Source of the DNA: an uncultured virus (IMG/VR IMGVR_UViG_3300006072_000005)
Lineage: Duplodnaviria; Heunggongvirae; Uroviricota; Caudoviricetes
Strand: one strand, 5' to 3'
DNA: 64,000 nt
Virus record (IMG/VR): IMGVR_UViG_3300006072_000005
Shown here piece after piece: positions 9,945 to 17,379 of this stretch. The notes beneath the pieces were generated by a model. The model did not search any database. It was not told the DNA's origin and saw only the letters and a list, made by a program, of their open reading frames with translations. A program made the translations under genes and the position numbers. The stretch's first letter is position 1, and each line of letters opens with the position of its first letter.

Positions 9945-11405
9945 ATGCCACGATTATCCTTATACAAACCAGAAAAAGGCAACGACTATCAATTTATAGA
10001 TCGTCAAGCTAGCGAAATGTTCACAGTAGGTGGAACCGATGTTTATTGGCACAAATTGTTGGGTGCAAATACCCAGGAAGCCAATGCCACTGCCGAACAG
10101 CCATTTTATCCAAATGATAATGTTACTAACATTCAAGATTTGCTTTTTTTAGAAAATCGCGATAGTAAGTATGAAACTGAAGTGTATAGAATTAGAGGCA
10201 TGTATAACGTACAGAATATTGATTTTAATTTAAGTCAATTTGGATTGTTTATTGATAACGATACGTTGTATATGACTGTTCATATTAATGACATTATTAA
10301 AACTATTGGACGTAAACCTATTAGCGGAGATGTTTTAGAATTGCCGCATCTACGTGACGATTTTGCTCTAAACGATTTTGATGTAAGTTTACCTAGATAT
10401 TATCAAGTTACCGATGTAGGCCGTGCAAGTGAAGGATTTAGTGTTACGTGGTTTCCGCATCTATATAGATTAAAACTTAAACGTATCAACGATCAACAAC
10501 AATTTCAATCAATTTTTAATCAAGCCGCTACAGATGCCAATGGCGATCCAATTGTTGGAGCTAACGTTACTCTTAAAGACTTGTTGAGTACATTCAACAA
10601 AGAGATGGAAATTAATCAACAAATAGTTGCACAGGCAGAAGCAGATTCTCCTATGAGCGGATATGAAACTAGACAATTCTACACCTTGGCTGTAGATCCA
10701 ACCACTGGAAAACCCTTACTAGAGACTGCTGACGAAACTACATTAGATGCAAGCCAAATCAATTATCTTGCTAATGAAAACAATGCTAAACCAGTTCGTC
10801 CTGGATACACAGGATATTTAATTGGTAATGGGTATCCTGCCAATGGTAATGCATTTGGGTTTGGTATACAATTTCCCGAAAACCCAGGCACAGATGATTT
10901 TTTCTTGAGAACAGATTTCTTACCTAACAGATTATTTCGTTTTGACGGACCAAGCAGTGCATGGATTAAAGTAGAAGATGCGGTTAGAATGAATATGACT
11001 AATAATGATACAAGATCAACATTAAAAACTGGCTTTATCAACAATACAAATTATACCTATAATGATCAAGTATCAAGTGATGTGATTTCATTAGCACTGG
11101 GCGACACACAAATCAATACTAGAATATTGTATGCAACAAACAATGCTATTCCTTATGTAGTATTTAAATTTGGTGTAACGCAATTAGAATATGCATTAAG
11201 TGATTATCCGACAATGTATAGTTCATATTTGTATACAAGTCCAGCAGGAATACAAACAACTTGTTTAAGAATCACATTGCCAACTATAAACAACACGCAA
11301 CAAACCATACCTACTGCTGGTCAATGGACAGTTACACTATATAATACACGAGATGCACAACGATCAAGTTTATCAACTGCTCTCAAACCTAGGGCGGATC
11401 TATAA
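9945..11405 (+). CDS. gp14: Neck protein (T4 gp14-like) with C-terminal extension
   Basis: GGTDVYW, DLLFLENRD, LSQFGLF and RKPISGDVLELPH; gp13-gp14-gp15 synteny. Confidence 0.8.
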   Translation: MPRLSLYKPEKGNDYQFIDRQASEMFTVGGTDVYWHKLLGANTQEANATAEQPFYPNDNVTNIQDLLFLENRDSKYETEVYRIRGMYNVQNIDFNLSQFGLFIDNDTLYMTVHINDIIKTIGRKPISGDVLELPHLRDDFALNDFDVSLPRYYQVTDVGRASEGFSVTWFPHLYRLKLKRINDQQQFQSIFNQAATDANGDPIVGANVTLKDLLSTFNKEMEINQQIVAQAEADSPMSGYETRQFYTLAVDPTTGKPLLETADETTLDASQINYLANENNAKPVRPGYTGYLIGNGYPANGNAFGFGIQFPENPGTDDFFLRTDFLPNRLFRFDGPSSAWIKVEDAVRMNMTNNDTRSTLKTGFINNTNYTYNDQVSSDVISLALGDTQINTRILYATNNAIPYVVFKFGVTQLEYALSDYPTMYSSYLYTSPAGIQTTCLRITLPTINNTQQTIPTAGQWTVTLYNTRDAQRSSLSTALKPRADL

Positions 11406-12868
11406 TGCAGTGGTTTTATGACGGACAAGTAAGAAGATATTTGACACAAACTATACGAGTGCTCAGTAATTTTGTGGTCAAATATGGAGATGGAACACTA
11501 CATCAAGTACCCGTAATGTACGGCGATGCAGATCGTCAAGTGGCCAGCATCATACGTCAAAACAGTGAAAATGCTGTTAATAGTATTCCACGTATAAGTG
11601 TGTATGTAACTGGTTTAGAACTAGATAGAAATAGGTTAGCTGATCAAACTTATGTAGGCAAGTTGCATTTTCGCGAAAGAGATATTAACGGAAATAATTA
11701 TACCGGAAATCAAGGACGTAATTATACAGTTGAACGCTTGATGCCTACTCCTTTTCAATTAAAGATGAAATGCGATATTTGGACTAGCAGTACTGATCAA
11801 AAATTACAAATATTAGAACAAATACTAGTGTTATTCAACCCTAGTTTAGAATTGCAAACCACAGACAACTATATTGACTGGACTAGTTTATCAGTTCTTA
11901 ATTTAGGAGATATCGTTTGGGATAGTAGACAAGTTCCTGTCGGCAATGATACTCCTATTGATATAGCAACATTAAGTTTAGATTCTCCTATCTGGATTAG
12001 TCCTCCAGTTAAGGTCAAACATCTTGGTGTTATTACAAAAATTATTACAAGTGTCTATGGGTCCGAAGGAACTTATCCGTCTGGGTATGTTGAAGGATTA
12101 GGAATAGATCCTGCACTACAATCTGATGGCACTAGTCCGTCATTTAGCAATTTGCTTGCTACTGAAAATGTTACAGTTACAGGATTTCCTATAGCAGTAT
12201 ACGACGGCCAGGCAACTTTGTTAGAATCAGGAGGAGGTGTTAATCCTCCAGAACCGACGTTGACTATTCCTACTCCGATCAGTAATCCTCAAAGTTGGGA
12301 AAGTGTATTCAATTTATTCCCCGGAAAATATGTTGCAGGTTCTAGTATGTTGTATTTGTTGCAACCAAATGGGACTTACGTTATAGGTACTATTGCTATT
12401 AATCCTACAAATCCTGCAATTTTACAAATTAATTATAATACAGATACATTGACTAGCAATACTGGAATTGATAGTAACGGATTTTTAAGTACAGATGTAA
12501 AAGATTACAATGCCGCTACTAGTTATCGACCAAACAGCCCTGGTACTTTTGATGCCATTATTAATCCTCAAACTTATACACCTAACAACCCAATAGCAGG
12601 TACACGTTATCTAATTATTGAAGATATAGGCAACACGACTAATACAAATCCTGCTGTCGTATGGGGCAGTTTAGTAGCTAATGCTAATGACATTATAGAA
12701 TATACTGGTTCAGTATGGCAAGTTATTTTTCATGCCGCTCTAGAATCAGACACTATGGTATGGCAAACGAATATATACACTGGAGTTCAGTACTTGTGGA
12801 ACGGGGTTGCATGGGTCAAGAGCTTTGAAGGTGAATATGGTGTGGGCCAATGGAAAATAATATTGTAA
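11405..12868 (+). CDS. gp15: Tail sheath stabilizer / tail terminator (T4 gp15-like) with C-terminal extension
   Basis: WFYDGQVRRY, VPVMYG, IPRIS, MPTPF and QILEQILVLFNP. Confidence 0.88.
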   Translation: MQWFYDGQVRRYLTQTIRVLSNFVVKYGDGTLHQVPVMYGDADRQVASIIRQNSENAVNSIPRISVYVTGLELDRNRLADQTYVGKLHFRERDINGNNYTGNQGRNYTVERLMPTPFQLKMKCDIWTSSTDQKLQILEQILVLFNPSLELQTTDNYIDWTSLSVLNLGDIVWDSRQVPVGNDTPIDIATLSLDSPIWISPPVKVKHLGVITKIITSVYGSEGTYPSGYVEGLGIDPALQSDGTSPSFSNLLATENVTVTGFPIAVYDGQATLLESGGGVNPPEPTLTIPTPISNPQSWESVFNLFPGKYVAGSSMLYLLQPNGTYVIGTIAINPTNPAILQINYNTDTLTSNTGIDSNGFLSTDVKDYNAATSYRPNSPGTFDAIINPQTYTPNNPIAGTRYLIIEDIGNTTNTNPAVVWGSLVANANDIIEYTGSVWQVIFHAALESDTMVWQTNIYTGVQYLWNGVAWVKSFEGEYGVGQWKIIL

Positions 12869-13299
12869 AAGATAGAATAGTTTGTAGTGGTGCATTATTT
12901 TATGCTAAATCTACACAACGATTTTTATTACTTCAAAAAAGTCACGGTAAACACGAAGGCACGTGGGGATTAGTCGGCGGGACAAACATCATAGGTGAAA
13001 CACCTTGGCAAGGTCTTCAACGCGAAATTAAAGAAGAAATAGGTGCAGTGCCTAAAATAATTAAAACAATCCCATTAGAAACATTTGTCAGTAACGATAA
13101 AGTATTTAATTTTCATACTTATTTGTGTGTAATAGATAACGAGTTTGTTCCTGTCTTGAGTGACGAACACATTGGTTGGGCTTGGACTACTGTAGATCGC
13201 ACACCTAAACCCTTACATCAAGGACTACGTAATAGTTTTAACAGTAAAACTATTCGTACCAAATTACAAACTATATTTGACTTAGTTGATCTAGTTTAA
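12850..13299 (+). CDS. NUDIX hydrolase
   Basis: Nudix box GGTNIIGETPWQGLQREIKEEIG; EHIGWAW. Confidence 0.9.
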   Translation: MENNIVKDRIVCSGALFYAKSTQRFLLLQKSHGKHEGTWGLVGGTNIIGETPWQGLQREIKEEIGAVPKIIKTIPLETFVSNDKVFNFHTYLCVIDNEFVPVLSDEHIGWAWTTVDRTPKPLHQGLRNSFNSKTIRTKLQTIFDLVDLV

Positions 13300-14473
13300 T
13301 ATCAAAGCCTTCGATATATTCTTTCATCAAGGCTGAATTGTGTGCCCAATACTGCTCGTATTCTCCAGTCTGCTGACACAATCTTACATATTTTTGAAAT
13401 CTTTCCGATGTTTGTAAACGTTCTTTAGCCAGTGCTGTGACTGTATTCCAGAAAGGCGTATCTTTTTTGCAAGGACCTACATAGTTTAGTGCAACTAAAT
13501 TCAACATATCTTCCATACTTTTAAGATAAGAAGTATTAATTCCTCTATTAAAATGCGGTGTTTGTAAATTAGTACCTTTAATTAATGTTTCAATAAACTC
13601 TACAGACAAATTTATATAAAAATGTAACGGCAATGCTTGTGCAGGTTCAAGAAAATATAGTCTGTTACCCATGGATAATATGCGTCCATTCATTGCTTCT
13701 TTTTTATAATACTGTCTCCAGCTAAATTTTCTTAATTTACTAGCATCAATATTTTTTAATTTAGAAAATTTTTCAATCGCTTCTTCCTGAGTTGTTATAT
13801 TTTTATTATATAGATAACCAAAGGCTTTACGATGAGTTAATGGTACTCCAAACATCCAGCCGTCGTCATGTGGATATGCACTTGTTAAATCTTCGTTATA
13901 CTCTTTAAAGTCAGGAAATAGTATTACTGAGTTAACTGTTTCAAATTTTGGAAATTCGTATAGTCCACTATCCATTTCTTCGGCCGACGGTGATCCTCTA
14001 CAATCGATGATATAGTCAAATTTATGTTGCACTCCGTCGACTAATATCGATACGTGAGTATGATCTTGTGTTATGTCTGAGACATTACCGTGTATTTGAA
14101 AAAAATTATCGTATAATTTATCAAGTTTGTTGATAACAAATCCGCTAAATTTTTCACTGTTGACATGCAATCCTGTATGTCCATGCCTTACTAGGAAATT
14201 TTTATCATTAATATCTTCCCAGTAGTAACGAGTACCCCAGCGAAGGGTACCATCGAACTCTTTTAATTCTTCAGTAACAGAAAAATCAATAGCATGATAA
14301 AGTAAACTAGGCATTATAGGGCTAGTACTTTCGCCCACAGTAGTTACAGGAATGTCAGGATTGTATATGCAATACACATCTATGTGTTTGCATCTATGGA
14401 ATTTAAATTTATCAAAAATTGCAAGTAATGAAACGGCGCTGGCGGTACCACTACCTATAATGCCTATTTTCAT
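13271..14473 (-). CDS. Flavin-dependent enzyme of the tryptophan halogenase family (divergent)
   Basis: Rossmann motif IGIIGSGTAS, VGEST, IDCRG, GWMFGVPL (cf. WxWxIP), FGYLY and GNRLYFLEP. Confidence 0.8.
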   Translation of the reverse strand: MKIGIIGSGTASAVSLLAIFDKFKFHRCKHIDVYCIYNPDIPVTTVGESTSPIMPSLLYHAIDFSVTEELKEFDGTLRWGTRYYWEDINDKNFLVRHGHTGLHVNSEKFSGFVINKLDKLYDNFFQIHGNVSDITQDHTHVSILVDGVQHKFDYIIDCRGSPSAEEMDSGLYEFPKFETVNSVILFPDFKEYNEDLTSAYPHDDGWMFGVPLTHRKAFGYLYNKNITTQEEAIEKFSKLKNIDASKLRKFSWRQYYKKEAMNGRILSMGNRLYFLEPAQALPLHFYINLSVEFIETLIKGTNLQTPHFNRGINTSYLKSMEDMLNLVALNYVGPCKKDTPFWNTVTALAKERLQTSERFQKYVRLCQQTGEYEQYWAHNSALMKEYIEGFDIKLDQLSQI

Positions 14474-14480
14474 AAAAACC

Positions 14481-15476
14481 TTATTGTACGGTTATAACGC
14501 AGTCGTCTGATCCTGACCAATATTGAAAACCACAACTTACTGTGATAGTGTCACCTGGAACAAGATGTGTTGCAATTAAACGAACAGTTCCTACACCGTT
14601 GACTGTTTGTACTTGTTGTTTATTCAAGTGACCTGCCGTAGTTTTTAAATATATAGTTGCATTGTGATCCGTTATAGGCAATCCATGCTCAGAGCTTGTT
14701 TTTGCTGGGGGATTTAAATCGGTAGGAGTTCCTAAGTAAAACGGTAAATCGACATAGCCGTCTGGGCTGACAGTAGCAGTCTTATTTGTAAAATAAACTT
14801 TTGGCATAGTATATACGATTCTGCCAAGCTCGTCGGTGATTACATTTGTGAATTGTTCGCCTGACGATATTCTTACTAGGCCAGGATCGCTATCGCCCAA
14901 CGCAACCATCATGTTCCAATCTGATGGATTCATTTCTGCAAACGGAATAGAAATTAAAATCATAGGACTATTCTTTTGCAAAGACATTGCCCTAACTGGA
15001 TTTTTCTTATGTAGTTGTGAATTGGCTACTAAATTGTATAATGGGATACCTGTTCTTGTATTCAAAGCAGTTTGTTGAACGTATCTTACATTTAAATTTC
15101 TTACAGTAACTTGGTCAGCTGGGTGAGTGATTGCAAAAATAGCATGATCTGAAAATCCCTCATTGTTGGTAATATCTGTCCAATTTATTTCTCCAGAAAT
15201 TCCTGCTGTTACACCAGGATAGACTCCTGAAGTTTGACTATAAACTCTATGTGTTTCTGTTTCCCATGCAAATTCGTCAGCAGGGCTTGGATATCTAACT
15301 CCGGCTACTTTTCTAGCAGTAACGGTATTATCTGCTAAACTAGCCCATTCCAACTGCAATTCTGATTTTTTATAGGCATCAAATACTGTCCACTGAAATC
15401 CAGTGTCAGTAAATTTTATATCTAGTGCTATCAACTGCGAATGTTGAAACTGTATTAAATTTTGAGTTAAATTCAT
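14481..15476 (-). CDS. Hypothetical protein of the radical SAM cluster, with a beta-rich / Ig-like C-terminus
   Basis: 331 aa, 13 nt after the rSAM stop; AGGA SD; GATAAATA late motif at 15504-15511. Confidence 0.75.
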   Translation of the reverse strand: MNLTQNLIQFQHSQLIALDIKFTDTGFQWTVFDAYKKSELQLEWASLADNTVTARKVAGVRYPSPADEFAWETETHRVYSQTSGVYPGVTAGISGEINWTDITNNEGFSDHAIFAITHPADQVTVRNLNVRYVQQTALNTRTGIPLYNLVANSQLHKKNPVRAMSLQKNSPMILISIPFAEMNPSDWNMMVALGDSDPGLVRISSGEQFTNVITDELGRIVYTMPKVYFTNKTATVSPDGYVDLPFYLGTPTDLNPPAKTSSEHGLPITDHNATIYLKTTAGHLNKQQVQTVNGVGTVRLIATHLVPGDTITVSCGFQYWSGSDDCVITVQ

Positions 15477-15489
15477 GATCTGCTATTCC

Positions 15490-16956
15490 TTATTCCTGTT
15501 CAGTATTTATCAAGGAACTCTTACCGTAAACTTCGACATTGTCGATTACAGCAACTTTTTCACTGACAATCTTAATAGGTATTATTTTTTTCTTTTCTTC
15601 TTCGTGTTTGAATACACCGCCCCAGATATCTTGGCGCTCTAATGGTAATCCTTTGCCCTTAATATGGTAAGGAACATAACCACCTGTTATTTTTTCAATA
15701 CTTGCGGCAAACAATGGTACGTTATCGCTATAGGCGTTATTGCAACTTGTAGTCCAGAATTCATCTGAAAGGAACATACATGCACCTTTACAAATATGCA
15801 ACACTGGACAACTTGGACATTCTGCACGATTACTCCAGTGTGTACTAGTAGTAATTTTTACGTCCTCGATCTCAGTAATCTTACCACCTAAGTGAGGTTC
15901 TCCGTTTTTGTTAATTTCGATAGCACTGACATTTTGGCAAGTAATTACATTGCCGTTTAAATCAAATGCAACGGTTCTTTCGTCATCCATGCCGCATTTT
16001 TGACCTAAATAGTCTGCTTGCTGATGGGTCAATACTGATTCTGTGAAATTATCAACTTTTTGTAATATGTTGCCAAAGCCGATTTCACCGTTAGATCCGT
16101 AAATTTCTCCGAACGCGATTTTTCTAAATTCGAAATGATCTTGTTTAGTTTGTAAACTGTGTTGTAGGCCATCGGCATCATATGCATCTACAAAGGTACC
16201 TTCACCTAAACTAACATTGGGATCATTTGTAAAATTAATAAAATAATCAAATATAGCTTTACGACTAAGATTTTGTCTGTTTAACATTGAGTTAAAACTG
16301 ATGCGATTTAAAGGACGCAAAATCTGGTATAAATCTAAAATAATTTCACGTTTCTTAGGATCTGCAAATGGATCTGGTCCGCGTACATGTTGTCCTGGCC
16401 CGTCATGACTGATAGCTACATGGAATTCCATACTGTATAGCCAAGCACAGATTTCTTCTGTTAAAATACTACCATTAGTAATAATACTAAAAACTGGTTT
16501 CTTTCTCCAATCTTTAAAAAATTCTGCTACTGCTTCGGCCAGGGGTTTTAATGTCTTCCAGTAAACTAAAGGTTCACCTCCCCAAAATTCAACTCGTAAA
16601 CCGTCTTCTTCGTTAAACTCTAAAGTCTTAAACATTTCCATAAAATTTTCAATGTCTTTAGCATTAGTTTCACGTGGGCGTTCCACAAATTTTTGACTGC
16701 AATAATCACAACTATAATTACAACTTAATCCTAGTTGAATTTTTACGTGATTAGTACTGCGAGATTTAATTAAAGGACGATCTTTATCAAATGGTTTGTA
16801 TGGTACTCGATTTTCAAAATTATTTGCATAAGCATCGGGATACTCATAGACGAATCCTGTTTCATCGCTTAAGACATTTTTTTCGTTGTCATAGAAGAAC
16901 GTTCTTAGATCAGGTGGGTTTGATCCAAACTTTTCTGTCAGTATTTCAAAAATCAT
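15490..16956 (-). CDS. Radical SAM / SPASM-domain peptide or protein maturase
   Basis: CNYSCDYC (CxxxCxxC), FWGGEPL, ITNG and ISHDG; C-terminal seven-Cys pattern C-x18-C...CxxC-x5-C-x3-C-x11-C. Confidence 0.93.
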   Translation of the reverse strand: MIFEILTEKFGSNPPDLRTFFYDNEKNVLSDETGFVYEYPDAYANNFENRVPYKPFDKDRPLIKSRSTNHVKIQLGLSCNYSCDYCSQKFVERPRETNAKDIENFMEMFKTLEFNEEDGLRVEFWGGEPLVYWKTLKPLAEAVAEFFKDWRKKPVFSIITNGSILTEEICAWLYSMEFHVAISHDGPGQHVRGPDPFADPKKREIILDLYQILRPLNRISFNSMLNRQNLSRKAIFDYFINFTNDPNVSLGEGTFVDAYDADGLQHSLQTKQDHFEFRKIAFGEIYGSNGEIGFGNILQKVDNFTESVLTHQQADYLGQKCGMDDERTVAFDLNGNVITCQNVSAIEINKNGEPHLGGKITEIEDVKITTSTHWSNRAECPSCPVLHICKGACMFLSDEFWTTSCNNAYSDNVPLFAASIEKITGGYVPYHIKGKGLPLERQDIWGGVFKHEEEKKKIIPIKIVSEKVAVIDNVEVYGKSSLINTEQE

Positions 16957-16974
16957 AAGATTCCTTGTGGTATA

Positions 16975-17376
16975 TTAGCAGTTACAGTTACAGTTACAAT
17001 TACAGTTACAATTACAGTTATAATATACGTTGGTATTAATGTTACAGTTGTAAGTGCAGTTGCAATTACAGTTGTTTTGTAACCAGTTTTGACCATCGCA
17101 ATTTGTGCAATTGATGTTATTACAATTATAACAGTTTGTACAGCAAATGTTACCACAATTACAATTATTTGGACAATTTCCGTTGTTGCAATTACCCTTG
17201 TTATTTGAACGATAGTATGCTCTGTTACGCATTTCGTTCATAGTTGGGTAACTATCACGTTGTCCTGGAATTACATATCCATTAAGATTACTCAAATTGC
17301 TGTATGGACTGCTGTTAGGCAGTCCAATTTCGCCGTCAATTTGACTAATATAAATAGGACTTGAAGGAGTTGTCAT
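16975..17376 (-). CDS. Asn-Cys-rich small protein; putative rSAM substrate and possible tail-fibre tip protein
   Basis: 133 aa; residues 1-61 have no Cys, residues 62-133 have 21 Cys (19 as NC) and end in (NC)7; AAGGA SD; 3 nt after the tail fibre stop. Confidence 0.85.
   Translation of the reverse strand: MTTPSSPIYISQIDGEIGLPNSSPYSNLSNLNGYVIPGQRDSYPTMNEMRNRAYYRSNNKGNCNNGNCPNNCNCGNICCTNCYNCNNINCTNCDGQNWLQNNCNCNCTYNCNINTNVYYNCNCNCNCNCNCNC
16978..17019 (-). repeat. Hexamer tandem repeat (AAYTGY)7 encoding (Asn-Cys)7
   Basis: Minus strand AAC TGT AAT TGT AAC TGT AAT TGT AAC TGT AAC TGT AAC TGC then TAA; variation is synonymous only. Confidence 0.9.
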
Positions 17377-17379
17377 CGT

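Noticed and set aside
16953..17156. 67-aa ORF ending VIVTVIVTVTVT
   Set aside because: It is an alternative reading frame of the Asn-Cys repeat; the NC frame has the SD, the operon spacing and the synonymous variation.
16975..17200. AAY-rich tract as a diversity-generating retroelement template or a CRISPR-like repeat
   Set aside because: No reverse transcriptase, no second near-identical copy differing at adenines, and no repeat-spacer structure in the window.
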